NCBI RefSeq assembly: GCF_902459465.1
Contig: NC_047082.1
Coordinates: 9,300,001 to 9,364,000 of the forward strand
DNA from: Asterias rubens
Taxonomy: Eukaryota
DNA: 64,000 nucleotides
Reading direction: 5' to 3'
The notes under the pieces are model-generated. The model did no database searches. It was not told the origin of the DNA and saw only the letters and a list, made by a program, of their open reading frames with translations. This document shows positions 11,942-25,743 of the stretch, in pieces. How positions within the stretch are numbered: the first letter of the stretch is position 1; each line of letters starts with the position of its first letter. Position numbers and translations under genes: made by a program.

Positions 11942-12499
11942 TTGTTGAAGGTTTGTTTACGGTCTGTCAGGCAAAAAAAAATAGATATATTTATATAGTA
12001 ATGGGCAAACAATACGCAAGTCCTGAATATTGCTACAAATTTTGTAATACACGACTCGGGCCGCTTTCCCATACCCAACGAGGTGTGAATTTTATATCAA
12101 TCAGCAACCTATGTCAAAGCGGTCTCCATGGTCTATAAGCAGGCGCACCCGCCGTATCTACCCCTTCATACCCTACGCCATCCACCCGACCGCTCCAAGT
12201 CTGATCTTCATAGATTTGGTAGTTTGCTTGTATCCTGATTGGTAATTTACCACTCGCTTCCTCCCATGACGTACCCACCCCCGCAAACTCCCGGGGCCAA
12301 ACCGGATATTTATAGTTAATACAAGATGATAATCACATGATAAGATATCACGATGAGTCCGTCACATTGCCATCTGCCGATCTATTCATCCCCATCATTA
12401 ATGTCACTACTATACGCAAGAAGGAGATGAAATACACAGATACATTTTTTTATCCAAACGAATCAGTGTGTAGCTCTAAGCTCACCGTCTGACATTATT

Positions 12500-12703
12500 A
12501 AGGACTTTTCGTTTTCGACGACGGATGGTTCTGCGACGGTAAAGATGACATTTGGCGTCATCTGCGCATGCGTCGGCTTTGAGGACGGTCGTCCATCAAT
12601 TTCTACGACAGTACTTGGGATAAATCTTCGTTGTGCTGAAAACGACAACGTTTAGCTGAACAACCGTCGCAGAACCATCCGTCTTCGAAAACGAAAAGTC
12701 CCT
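12500..12703. mobile_element. MITE with ~40-bp TIRs, ISL2EU/Harbinger-like
   Basis: AAGGACTTTTCGTTTTCGACGACGGATGGTTCTGCGACGGT vs ACCGTCGCAGAACCATCCGTCTTCGAAAACGAAAAGTCCCT|AT. Confidence 0.8.
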
Positions 12704-12809
12704 ATTGTCTATACGCCCTGCGCAAATGAAGCTTCTCATGACAAGTGCGACTGGCAGTCATGGTAATTATTGCTAGATTGTATCCCGAACATCTGCTCCG
12801 CGGTAGTAA

Positions 12810-12918
12810 AATAAAGCAAGACAGTTCTCAAAAGAACAAACTCTACCTGGCAAGTAGATACACACATGGTGTTACCGCAATAAGAAGTATACATTGATAC
12901 CTCACCACGCTGGCCTCA
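12810..12918 (-). repeat. Dispersed repeat (family G), also at 49557-49672 (+)
   Basis: GGTGAGGTATCAATG...GCGGTAACACCATGTGTGTATCTACTTGCCAGGTAGAG...GAGAACTGTC is shared. Confidence 0.8.
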
Positions 12919-14345
12919 TTGTATTTATGGCACAGGTGGTATTCCGTCAGGTCATACTGTTTCAAGGGGAAAACAAACGCCTGGTAACAAACTCTTAAAA
13001 GTAATAGCAATCAAACTATTGATTAGAAATCTACAACAGCTTTTGATAGTACAAATAATTTTGTAAAATGCAATGATGCATCTCACTTCCTCATATGATT
13101 TTATGATTTTTAGAAGCAATCTGAATTTAAACTTAAAAAACAAATTATTGAATAATAATTTTTAGTTACGTAAATATTATCAACAATTATTTTGTTCCGT
13201 TTGTACAAAATCACTAGTTGGAAACTATGTCAGAATACTGCCCCCACTTTAACATTAATCTTGAATAATGTAAGATGCTGATCTAAAACCACATTTTTAT
13301 ATAGAACAAAGCCCGAGTTTTTGAGGTGATGCACTTTTTAGACGGTCGACTTTTGAAAGTGTTTTTCCCCAAAACTAAAGATGTTTGCCTCTGGTATGAT
13401 TGAATGGAATGTTCAATCATAAAACAATATTTGGCTGAACTCGGTCAACTTGCATGATTTGTTTTTCCTGCCTGGAGTACTTTTTTCAGCCCAGTATAAT
13501 ATATTTTTTATCCTTCTAACACATTTAATTTGAAATGTCGTACCCCCTGGTAATTATTTATTGCTTCATAGATTCGCTGAAAAGAGGGAAATTTGTTTCT
13601 TTTGCAACCGCCTTGTTTATTTTGAAATATCAGAAAGTCTGGAGGGCTTTGTAGCGTTTTATTTGAGCACTTTAGGGTGACACGTCGGACACTAAAAAGT
13701 GTTAATTGAGTGAAGAGTGAAGAGTGAATTACCGTGGAGAATGTCTGGTTCTTTCCAGTGAAGGGTGTGTTTCTCTACTCAGAGTCACAGGAAATAGCAG
13801 TTGGACTTCAATGTGAGACGCGTTAAAGAGACAACCCAAAGACGCCGTCTCAGAACACGCACGTTGAAACATTCAAAAACAAATTATTAAAGGACCCTTT
13901 CTCTTCGCTGTTTAAAACAAGAGAAAAGGGGAACAATTAAGTCAATATTATTAATACTACTTTTTTTATTTTATATATCAGGAATATGAAAATTGTGCAT
14001 TAGATAGGCCTACGCAAAGTATTAAGCACAGAAGATGGAGAGAAAGAAGTTAATCTATACAGACTTAAATTAAGACAGTATGGAGCTGTCAGATTAAACA
14101 AAGGCACGTAGAAGACAGTCTAGACAGACAAACTACAAACACTTTCGCTATGTACACAATGTGGGTTGCTCATAACCACTCAATCACACATTAAGTAAAT
14201 TTGGCGGGCAACTACAAACAATCGTCTTCCTCTGCGTCAGCTTTGACAATTAGACGACGCAGGTTTACGGCAATCACATGTTCACTCAAGGGAGAGAAGA
14301 GAGGCCTGTTCTATCACTGAAGAGATGAAGAACTGCAATAGCCAC

Positions 14346-14823
14346 AGGTGAACTTTACTATTACGTCCGCATTAGCATTATAAACCAGCTGGGAAAAGAC
14401 ATTGTCACTTGTGACATCCGATGGACACAGTTCGGAAATGTACCGAGGAATTATACCAGAGGTAATGAATTGAACTTGTCAAAGGTGAACTCTACAATTA
14501 CGTCCGCATTAGCATTACTAACCAGCTGTGAAAAAAAAACATTGCCAATTGCAACACCCGGTATACCTACCACGGGAATTAACCGATTAAGTATACCAGA
14601 TATAGAGAATTGTGCTAGCCAAATGTCAACTCACCTATTACGTCCGCATCAGCATTACTAACCAGCTGGAAAACATCATCGCACTTGCAGCACCTTTAAA
14701 GAGGCCTACTTCGTGAACCCACCGATGAACTGTAAACCAGATAGTATATAAGAGGAATAGCAAAAGGTGAACTCTACTGTCACGTCTGCATTAGCTTACC
14801 CAGCTGGAAAACACCATTGCCAC
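14346..14823. repeat. Diverged tandem array, ~3.5 units of ~140 bp
   Basis: Unit starts at 14346, 14483, 14623 and 14765; conserved core ATTACGTCCGCATTAGCATTACTAACCAGCTG. Confidence 0.9.
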
Positions 14824-15500
14824 TGGGGTCAAGCAGTAACAGAGTAGATAAAAGAAAAGCACTTAGCTAAGTTGCAAAATTAAAATGGTCATGGTAAATT
14901 GAGGTTGCTCGGACTGGTCATTAGCTAAGATGATCACGAACTTTAATCTCGAAAGAGTGGTCAACTGATTATAAAGTAAAACATCACTAGGGGAAACTGA
15001 ACGGTTAGTAATTGTTTTACTAGTGTGATAACGGCGTGGTAAACGTGATCCGGTAAGAGGTCAAACATTAACTTCGGATGAAAGGTGAATGGTCACCAAA
15101 ACCCGAAATAAGTACGGCAAAAAAGGGCCTATCACTGCGCTGAGCAACCAATGCCTATAATAAATGGATTGAATAATAATTGGGTGAATGTTCTTTTCGA
15201 TTTCGCCTCAAACATTCGTGTGCACTCGCTTGGCAATATGATTATACCATTACCGAATAGAGGTCACACTAAAAACAAGGGGCCTGATTTCATTGAACTC
15301 AGTATAAAGTACAAAAAGTAGATACGGAAATCAAGGGCGAACGTTATTGCCACGAGTTGATCAAAAACACGGTTGCACACGTCCACAAAAGACAACCAAG
15401 CACACACAAGTAAATGGAGGGACACAACAAAGTCAGAAAACAACATAACGACTATCTGACATCCGCAAAATCACAAAACCTGCTGCTTACTTAAAAGTAG

Positions 15501-15742
15501 GGCCCAATTTCATAGAGCTGCTAAGCAAAAAAAAAAATGCCAAGCAGGAAATTTCTTCCTTGATAAAAACAGGATTAACAACCAAATTTCAAATTGTTGC
15601 ATATTGCTTGTTACTGATATTCAGCTGTTGTTTGCTTATCCTGAAAATCACGTGGACATTTGGTTGGTAATCTTTTTTTTATCAAGGAGGAAATTACATG
15701 GTAAGCAAATTTTTGTGCTTAGTAGCTCTATAAAAATGGGCC
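15501..15742. mobile_element. PIF/Harbinger-like MITE (family H1), 3-bp TAG TSD
   Basis: TAG|GGCCCAATTTCATAGAGCTGCTAAGCA ... TGCTTAGTAGCTCTATAAAAATGGGCC|TAG. Relatives at ~8672-8699, ~43045-43240 and ~48022-48155. Confidence 0.85.
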
Positions 15743-17506
15743 TAGATGTGTTGTGAATGCGATTGTGACGTTCAAACAGTCTACTGTTATAGTGGCTGAG
15801 AGATGAGACTTTCACACCTGCTACGGTTTACTCATAAACCCCAGCCTTTTATGATGTAGCTTTAACAAGATGAGGAACCAACGGTCATTCCAAGTTACTC
15901 TTTTGAAATCATTGTTTGGTACATTCTAATAACTTCTGGGTTGATATTGACCCGGATATAGCGGTCCCCTGGGACCTGACCCAATTTCGGGTCAGTTTCA
16001 CCCCCAATCTGTTTCAGATGACAAATACGCAAACAAGATAACATATATAAAACAGTTAATATTAACCTTTTGGGGGGTTACACTGACAAAAATTAGTGGA
16101 TCAGCCTGACTAGGTAATGGGTCAATTCTGACTCAGACCTACACTATACACCATTTTGGATCTCCCGTGCTTCCCTCTACAATCAAAGTTTCCTAGGAAA
16201 TACCTGGCTAAAAAATATTTAAAGTTAGCTATTTTATTATTAGCAACTTTAAAATTGGATTCAAACAATCAAACGGTTCAAAAAACCAAAGTTAAACACT
16301 CCCTTTAATAATGCTGACAATGTAAACGCGTCAATTTGATCGGATTCGTCGGTTTATGCAACGTCGGGAGAGCTGTATTTGTCTAATATGTTGGCTTGTG
16401 CAACAATACTTCAAGAAGACAATATTTACATATATACATGTCCACATTCAGTGCAATGCCCTGTCTGTAAGAGTATGGCGACCTCGCTGAGAAAAGAACT
16501 CTCAAAATACAATATGAAAAAGTTTATTTGTAAGTGCAAAGGGGTTGCAGCTTCGGTTTTTGAATGAGCTATCGCGTAGGTATGTGTGTCCTGGTAAAGG
16601 CAATGCTAAATTGAAAGCTTCCGCAAACTGTACTCTTGTCACCGTCAACGTTACGATTAAGCGGTTAACTCGGGTCTCGAAGTACTTGTTGAAACTATTT
16701 GTTGTTTACGTGCAAGTTTATCAGATGAAGCATGGGATATACAGAAACAACATACAATAATAGGTTTAGGCTCTAAATTTAAACAGCTTGCTCTCTACGA
16801 ATCACGTGCGGTTGATACTGTTTGAAATCTTGACGAATCGTCACTTTACGTTGATAATTGACTATTTTGTAATTAGGCCTTAATTGTGACTGTGAAATTT
16901 ACTACTCGGGTTAGTCACGCTACACATTAGTCGCGACTTCCACACTAGTCGCGACTATTGTTTGTTTTCCACGGTGCATTGTGGTATATTACTAAATGTG
17001 TGTCGACGCAGGGGCATTATTGTAAAACTCAGGCTATTACGGTGAAGCCATTGGTGTCAATGTATTTTTGCTTTACCCCAAAACTATATAATACTATATA
17101 TGTAAAAAATGTGGTGTTTTTTTTGCCAGAGAGTTCGTTACATTCTCAAAAAGCATACGGAAACCGAGCCTACATTTATTTCAAAATAGACCAGCAAGCA
17201 TCGATAACTAACTTATAAAAGGGTTGAACCGTCCTTCATCAAGAATTATCCTATACAAATCTAGTATAATTTAGACTAGTATAAATCAGATTAACCAATT
17301 CGATTCGATTTCGTGAGGATTGTATTTATAAAAGTAATCCAATCAAACGAGTACCGGGCAATAGATCTTACAACCTCGACTAATCAGTTGATGCGAATGC
17401 AACTAATCGACTTAAAAAACCGAGCGAACTGACCGCCACAGGATTAACAGATGCTGACAGCAACCAACTTCTCTGTTATACACCGAGGTGAGCATTGGAG
17501 ACTTAA

Positions 17507-17889
17507 AGACACTGGCCACTATTGGTAATTGTTATAGACCAGTCTTCTCACTTGGTGTATCTCAACATGCGTAAAATAACAAACCCGTGAAAATTTGAAC
17601 TCTTTGATCGTCGAAGTTGCGAAATAATAATATAAGAAAAAACGCTTGTCACACGAAGTTGTATGCTTTCAGATGCTTGAATTCGAGACCTCAAAATCAA
17701 ATTCTGCGGTCTCGAAATAAAGTTCAAATAATTATTTTACTGAGACTTCTTTCTAGTGAACTACGTTACTTTAGAGGGAGCCGTTTCCCACAATGTTGTA
17801 TACTATCAACAGCTATCCATTGCTCGTAACCAAGTAAGTTTTTTATGCTAAACAATTATTTTGAGTAATTATCAAAAGTGTCCGGTACC
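17507..17889 (+). mobile_element. Family A, full length
   Basis: TTAA on both sides, matching TIRs. Confidence 0.9.
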
Positions 17890-19476
17890 TTAACGCTTGT
17901 TCTACAACTGGTTTACAGGAAAAAAACACTCATTGCAGTACTCGGGAATCCATCAAATCCTATCCATCCAATTTGCACATTTCTTTCTCCAGGGGGCCGT
18001 CCCGTACAACACATCGAACCTTTACATGGCTGTTGAATACGATTTGCTAACCAGATGTTAAGGTTTCTTATAGCGAGAAAATCGGACCGACGTTCTATCT
18101 TGATTTGTATTTACTTAATACTCTGTTGTAAATATTTGTACAGAGACTCGAAAGTATGACTTGCTAAACCCGTCACTTCAAGACAGTCTAGAGGTGTTAT
18201 CAAGTGTTGACATTAAGGAGTTAAGATGTGGAGTGAGGCCCGACAGCGGAAGATCGCGTACGTGTTTTGGAGATGCCATGGGTACTTCATGTCAGTATAC
18301 ATTGTGATTATTCGATGAGAATATGCGCTGATGTCTGTCTGTGGTTGTCCGAGTATGACAACATTGTTTCCACTATTAAACCTTTCCTGGTAAGACTTCA
18401 ACTTCATCTTCATCAAGTCTCCTGATGAAAGTGGACGATTCTAAACGGTGGTTGAAAAGACGGATTAATGGGGCTTGACATTTGAACAAACATCGAAGCT
18501 CAAGAGAAGTTAATGAACATGTCACCGTGATGAATTCCGTATACGCTTAAAAACAAGAACAACAGCAACAATTGTAATAATGACAAAAAAAACCATGGTG
18601 CAAATCATCCTGCTTAACACTAATTCAAATGCTCGTATTATAATATTTGGCCTCTTTTTTTCAATGAATCAAGATACCTCGAAGTAAACAGTTTCTCTGT
18701 TGAAACTATTATTGTTCGCTCAATGACTAAAATTAACAAATATATTTCACACGTGCTTTCTATAATTGGTTCCTCACATTTCTTTCACTAGAAGTAAATA
18801 TTCCTAAAATAAGACCACTTTAACCGGAATCCCAATTCCCAAGTTTTACATTTCCCATGATTGACGATTCAAGCAACAGTTTATAGTTGTATGAGCAAGT
18901 GGTTATGAGAGTAAAGGACTCTGCTGGTCCACTCCAATGGTGTTCAAATACTTCGTAAAAAGTTAGGATGGGATATTACGCCCCACGAACTAGGATGGAT
19001 AATGGCGTATTACACTTACACACCGTAACGTACACGAACACATGCCATGGAAGAATTGGGGATTAACTCTGGTGTTTCTGTTTCACATAAAGCATGCACC
19101 TATATTTAGAACCCCCAACCCCCTCACCCCACCCTCAAATAGGTTGTACCCCAACCACCCCATCCTCCTTCCTGAACGAACATGTTTTGCTACGCCACTT
19201 ATACAGTGAATACGACTAACAATAATCCCGGGTCTTGTGCCTGCACGTGACAAATATAATTGACTGGTATTAACTATAAGTGGGCATGCTCGAATTCTAT
19301 TCCAAACCGCTGCGCAATTTTCCAATTTTGAGTTATTCTCAATCGCCTAGGCTTAACGTTTGGATATAGGAGCTTACAACTTCACCAACCTTCACCGAGA
19401 ATCACCACTTTGTAATATGAATTAGTTGGAGAAAAGATAGCTTTATGGAAAGTACAGGAATATGTTCTGTTTTTAA

Positions 19477-19848
19477 AGGCACTGGTCACGTTTTGGTATT
19501 GCCAAAGACAAGTATTTTCACTAGGTGTATCCCAACATATATAAACACAACAATCCTGTGAAATATGGCTAAATTTGTCATCAAAGTTGCAAGCAAATAA
19601 TGAAACAAGACAAAACACCCTTTGCACAATTTGCAAAAAAGCCTTAAGTCTGAAGTAATTCTCAGATTAACTAAAATGCTTACAAAAACTATATATTTTT
19701 CTTAGAAAGTATGTCACTTCAGAGGGAGTCGTTCCTCACAACACAATGTTTTATATTATCAACAGCTCCCCATTGGCTCGTTACTAAGTATGTTTTTATG
19801 CTTATAAATATTTTTTAGTAATTACTAAACGTGTCCATCCAGTGTATT
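19477..19848 (+). mobile_element. Family A, diverged
   Basis: TTAA|AGGCACTGGTCACGTTTTGG plus family body. Confidence 0.8.
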
Positions 19849-20939
19849 TAGTGGCTTTTAGCCTTGTTTGGGCGATCTTGCATTAATTGTTTTTATTAAA
19901 AAAAAATTAATACAAAAATTAATAAGCAACGCGTCACGCAAACTGTTTTCCTTATTTTGGGGGACTATTTAACAACAAACAAATGATTGGCTTTCCATAT
20001 TGGAAATGTCCTGATTATAATGGCAACTGGGTATTAAGTAAACATGACAGTATACAAGCCGTCAGTTTCTGAGTTAATCACAAAAACTAGGCCAAGTCTG
20101 ACACGCCTTCAGGGTTCTGTGGGTTCGGGATCTATAAACATATAAGTAGAAATGGGGCACAATAATACTAAACTAAGTGCACTTTTCATGATTATCGCAT
20201 ATATAGTTGCCGGTGAGGAGGTCTTAGGGAGGTCTTTGGGACCTTTACTAGACACGTTTTCTAATCTTGCTCCTGAACCCAGGGTCTCATCTCTTTTAAT
20301 GTTTTTAGATCCAGAAGGAGAGAACATTTTTAACTGCCGAATTTTTAGTTGTTCATGTTATTTGTTGTTTTCTGTTTGATGTAATCATCATGTTTTGCGT
20401 AGTTAGTGGCTCTATATTATTTGTCATTTATTCTGTAAGATATAAATTATTCGCACCACTTTCACTTAGTGTATTTTGTATTTTGTATGTTTTTTCCAGT
20501 GCTGTATTGGATCTGACATGGTAGTTGTTTAATGAACTTTTGCATTGACCCTGACAATTTGTAATGTATGTTATTAACTGTATGTCGGTAGGTAAAAAAA
20601 ACAAAAAAAAACAAAAAAACTCCTTCCTCATAATATATATACAGATAACAATACACTATTGTATGTATCGTTTGTTAACAAGAGTTGTCTCCATTAGTTT
20701 GACCAAAGGTAGTCAAATTGTGTTGATTGATGCGATCCATTTACATAGCACCTTAACGGGGTTTACATAACACTTCGCCACAATCTGTAGCTAGCCCTGC
20801 CAGAAGCAAGTTCGAAACAATCCCCAAACACCCGCTCTTTTCTCTCTGGTATAGATCGAGGGAGACTTGACAACTCGTTTTAGAATGTTATACAAACATT
20901 CATCCCCACCTATTGCATACGGAGGCATCGATATTCACT

Positions 20940-21078
20940 GTACAAACATACTTGAATGTCCAATATCCAATATCTAACAAGCAAAGTCGTTGTACAAACA
21001 TAATGTGAATGTCCAATATCCAATATCTAACAAGCCAATTCGTTGTACGAACATAATGTGAATGTCCGATCTCCAATT
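20940..21078. repeat. Minisatellite, ~53-bp unit x ~2.6
   Basis: TGTACAAACATAATGTGAATGTCCAATATCCAATATCTAACAAGC repeated. Confidence 0.9.
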
Positions 21079-21739
21079 TCAAACTAACTTTACTGTCATA
21101 CAGGAGGCAATGACCTTTTTCTGTTGTTTCGATACGCAGCCCATTTAGTGGCATCCTCGTATACATACAAGCAAAAGGTCCCCCTTGCAACACCACGAAT
21201 CCTTCGACTCTCATGAGCTACGTGTTGATGTCCGACTTACATTGCTATTAGTACAGGCATGGGTGAATTGTACAAGTCTTACCATGTACTTAAGAGAGAC
21301 CATTATCGGCTGTAAGACGATTATCTTGGCATCTTTTAAGACGCATGGCTAGATCCGAATGAGGACATTGGGTAACGGCTCTTACGTCGATACCTATGCT
21401 CCGCCTTATGCTTTAGAGTCTGTTATAGAACACTTGGAGGCGGTGGAAGGGGGGGGGGGGTTCACCAATTGCAAAAACCTAAGTTTGGGAATCTGGACTT
21501 ATTTCACCTCAAAAGGTGGTCACGTTTTATAGATATCGTCGAAAACATAGAGCGGTGATGCGATTAATTGTAAATGGAACACCCATCCTGAGAAACGTTT
21601 CCGACAGGAACGATTCTCAAATTCACATTGTGTGGGATAAAACCCGATACCTTTTAATATAACCAAATATACTTCAAAGTGAAATTATTCCCATAGAACG
21701 TCTAACCAAGTCAGTTTTTATTGATTTTAATGTCAGGAG

Positions 21740-21952
21740 TGGTCGGCCATTTTATGGAGTCAAAAGTTTGACTCCAAAAAAAGGCCGACCGTGTTTTGTC
21801 TCAACGTAAAAAGAAAACCGTGCAATTTCGAGTGACACTTGTGTGGATCATTATATTCTACTTTTAAATTTATCTAACAATTTGCATTTCATAACAAACG
21901 GTTACAGACGCCTTTTAAAGACCAACTCGTCGATCCAAGGCAACGTTTTGCT
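21740..21952. mobile_element. Family C, single arm
   Basis: ...ACCAACTCGTCGATCCAAGGCAACGTTTTGCT|TTAA. Confidence 0.8.
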
Positions 21953-22632
21953 TTAAGTTGCAAATTATACAACATTTCTCACCATATCCTATGATGAGCG
22001 TGGAAGGTACAAAGTAATTTTTACACGAATGTCACCGACTGAATAACATGGCTGCATTCTGACAACTTTATTATTTGGACACTTCTCCTCAAATCTAGAT
22101 GTCAAAACAAATAAACAAGTAAGTCTGAAACCCTCCTCGTGGAAACAACAATCCATTCGTCCGATAAACATCATCTTTGCCAAACCACTGAAGCACAATT
22201 GCTAACTCGATATATTACTCGGCCGTCAGTTCCCAATGTTCAACCAGGTCTGTAACTTTTCCTAGATGGTCAAACAATATCTTATCAAATCGTCAATCTA
22301 CTCCAAACTTCATGAATAACACATTTCAATAACTCGACATGTGCGACTTCATAACGCGATCAAACGAAGGTAATCTCTCCTGTTAAAAATGGAGATTATT
22401 TGCGTCACGTTTTTGCGATGTGGCAAAATAGCCACAGACGACAACCGAGCGAGAGAAAGATGGGGACAGCTTATATGAATTAGCATAATCTACAACTGCA
22501 GGTGGGATGTTAGTTTACATTTTATTATTGGAAATCATCATGCGTCAAAAGGACTTATACGCGAAAGAGGGTTGTGTTGCTCAACTCGCAGAAAGTTGAC
22601 CCAAAAACCTTTCACCCTAATTTTTTGCATTG

Positions 22633-22663
<31 letters not shown>

Positions 22664-24131
22664 GATTACATTGTATTTATTTTAACAAGCTGGGACCCAC
22701 GGGAGACCAGTGGTTATCACTGAATGGACCACCCAGTTGAATTTAGAAATAAATAAATAACATAATATACATTTGTTTTTCTTCACCGCAAACAACAGTT
22801 TGATAGATTTTCGTTTTTATGGAACATTCCTTTTCGCAAAATTTGATCCTTCTCAAAATAAACATAATTCAGAATCTTACATTAATGTTTATAATACAAC
22901 CTAATTTATAGAGGATAATAAACTGTGCTGAAGCTAAGTATTACATGTACGCATATCATTCCCGCTGGAAATGCCGCCAGAGAAACACAGAAACCAAGGA
23001 ATTGATATAGCAAAATAAATAACGTAGCGAAGACACGCACGTAAACCGTATATCTTTTCATCTTTCAATGATAATACACTAGTAACATTTACTTTGGGAA
23101 ATTTGGTCAGAGACTCAAAATTGCCATCAATCCGTCAACTGTCCGGGTATATAGACACCCTGACAAAACAAACACCTCTTCGACACCGGGGAGAATCGCA
23201 GCTACAGTCCGGCAGCTTGGTGTCAGTCAAGACGGGACCTTAGTCCATTCCATACGTTCCGGACTAGCAACTCTATTGACGAAGATACCCGAGGGGTACA
23301 TGTTGAATTTACGCTCCGCTGGTCCAACGCCCGAAGCCACCCCGTCATTTTGAAGAGACACACAAACACGCGGGAAGTTTGACCAAAAACAAACTAGATA
23401 GAAATCAACCAGCGAATGGGTAATCAGGTTATCAATGACGTCATTAAGTTAGGGGAGGGGGGAAGATCGTCCCGAAGTGGCAGTGTCACGCACTTTAAAT
23501 AACTGTTGTTATTTTTTGTAAATATTATATTTATATTTAATGTGGGTGTCTCCTTGCAAACATGTGACTGATTCGAGTTCCACGGATTTGGTGAATGAAA
23601 ATAGTAGTTTTACAATTCCAAAGACAGGTAGCTGTCTTTTTGCACCATTGATCCATTTTCAAAAATAATCAACTGGACCACACTTTACCAGATACTATTT
23701 AAAGTGGATTAAAATGAAGTTAATAAAACGATATCTAAAGACGGCGGTCCCTTTAAGTACAACCAATGAGGGAAAAGTAAGAACGTTTTGCAATTGTATC
23801 AGTTGTTGTAACACTATGTATGCATCCTTAAACTCCAGACAGTTCGCAAACAGTAATCAAACTGCATACAACGTGCTATTTAAATACAGGCTGCGTCGTG
23901 AATGTAATGTACCCAGGGTGTGCAAATAACCCGATTGCTCAGTGTCCATTCCACGCCATATTTCGGTATCCGGCCGATGTCCCAACACAAATGATTAGAG
24001 TTGTTTCTGTCTGAGTACCGGAGTTAGACATAATTGCTGAGCAAAATGACTTGTTTCTGAAATTGTTTGTATCTGCTAAGCAATATGTTTATTCACAGAG
24101 TATACCTTGCAGTAACATACTGTATATGTTA

Positions 24132-24207
24132 AAGCGCCTTGTTGAGCGTCACTGGGTGACGGATATGTGAGCTATATGAAAAACCACTATATTATTATTA
24201 TAATAAT
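24132..24207 (+). mobile_element. Isolated LINE/SINE 3' tail
   Basis: GCGCCTTG...GTCACTGGGTGACGGATATGTGAGC...(ATT)n matches the tails at 62005-62065 and 3244-3330 (-). Confidence 0.7.
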
Positions 24208-24503
24208 TAAGGGCGTACTCGCTGTTGCTATGTCATCATCTAAGTCAGTAAGTAGTGTATGGTAACCCAATGCATTATAACAGCACACTTCATTAACCAT
24301 GGATTCTTGTTTGAAATCTATAATAATTGCCCAAGTGGACTGCACGTACACCAGGTGCACCTCAAGACACTTATAAACCAATCAATGAACACCGTCTACA
24401 TTTCATGTAAAGTTGGTTCAATTTGATGTATCAAAAACCTATTAAAAACAGGTGTAGTTGCTGATGAAAGTTACAGCTGTTAATCAAATCGAGGACTTCT
24501 TAA

Positions 24504-24869
24504 AGACACTGGAAATTGTTAATATTGCCAAATACCAGTGTTCTCGCTTAGTATACCCCAACAGAAAATGCATCAAACAACACATCTGTGATTTTTGTTT
24601 TCATTTTTGTTTTCAACTGCTCATCGAATATTGAAAAAATATAAAACACCCTTGTTGCATTACTTTGTGTGCTTTCAGATGCGTAATAAAAGGCTTCAGG
24701 CCTGAAGTCTTTTAATTTGAGTGAGACATAACCTCTTTCTCAAAAACTACGTAACTTCAGAGGGAGCCGTTTTTCACAATGTTTTATCAACAGCTCTCCA
24801 TTGCTCGTTACCAAGTAAATGTTTATGCTAACAATTTGTTTGAGTAATAACCACCAATGTCAAGTGCTT
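24504..24869 (+). mobile_element. Family A, CTTCAGGCCTGAAG-hairpin subfamily
   Basis: TTAA flanks and family body. Confidence 0.85.
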
Positions 24870-25743
24870 TTAAGTCTCCTGGTTAGTGAATGATGGATCG
24901 GTGTAATTTTTAAAGGCATTGGGCCGCAGTGTATTATACTATCTTTGTCAGGGCTTGATGGGGTGCCTCGTGGCGTGTATGTACTGCGTGCAGGTGCATG
25001 TTGTTGAACTTGCAGGTGCAACGTAGGCAATCGAACCCTTTCCCCTTATTAGACATCCCATAAAAGATACTGGCGTCATCTCAATCACGGAAGATGAGGC
25101 GCCCCAGGGTCTCATCGCGACGGGATTTACGACTCGGATTACCTGCTAAAATTCAGTGGTTATCCGAATCAGCGTTCCCGTTCAAGATGGTTGACACAAC
25201 TTTCTACTACCGTGGATGAGCATTTTTTGGAGTTTGGAATAAATGTTTACCTAAATTGTGATTTTCTTAATTCAGGAGACAGTGGTAATATAGGTTTTCC
25301 CGGCAAATGAGCAGTCAATTTCATTTTCATGCGTTCGAATTAAAGCTGTTTTGCCTCTCCAGTTGTTACTGCGTTTCAAATTCAGAATTCGTCCATTCAA
25401 TTTCGTTTAGAGTCGAGTCAAATTCCTTTAGCACTCTGTTCAATTTAGCGTACCGTCATTCTTTTTCGTGACACACCCGCCTCAAGAAGCGTCTGTGAAT
25501 TTGAATGCTGCTTTGATGAATTTGAAATTGAATGATTATTTTGTTAAATCGAATGACGCAACATTACATTTGACTAATCAATTTTTAGTAGCATTCGATT
25601 TCGCGGGAAATAGAATAGCTTGATGGTTAAATTGGTTGCTCTTTTTCCGAAATTGACCGAAAAAACCTATAGTTAGTAACTAGTTCTTAGCTACTTGGTG
25701 ACCTGGTTTCTTTCTCATCTACCTGGGGATTTATACAGCCCTG

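Noticed and set aside
14346-14823. CRISPR-like appearance (repeat plus variable spacer)
   Set aside because: The context is eukaryotic, the repeats are too long and divergent, the linkers are mutually homologous, and there are no cas genes.
16451-16529. Candidate exon QCPVCKSMATSLRKELSKYNMKKFI with a GTAAGT donor
   Set aside because: The acceptor is weak and there is a single CxxC only; this is within chance expectation for 64 kb.
22632-22760. T-run with AATAAA on the minus strand suggesting a processed retrocopy
   Set aside because: It is equally explained as a plus-strand LINE 3' end with an (AATA)n tail next to a T microsatellite; too short to decide and no TSD.
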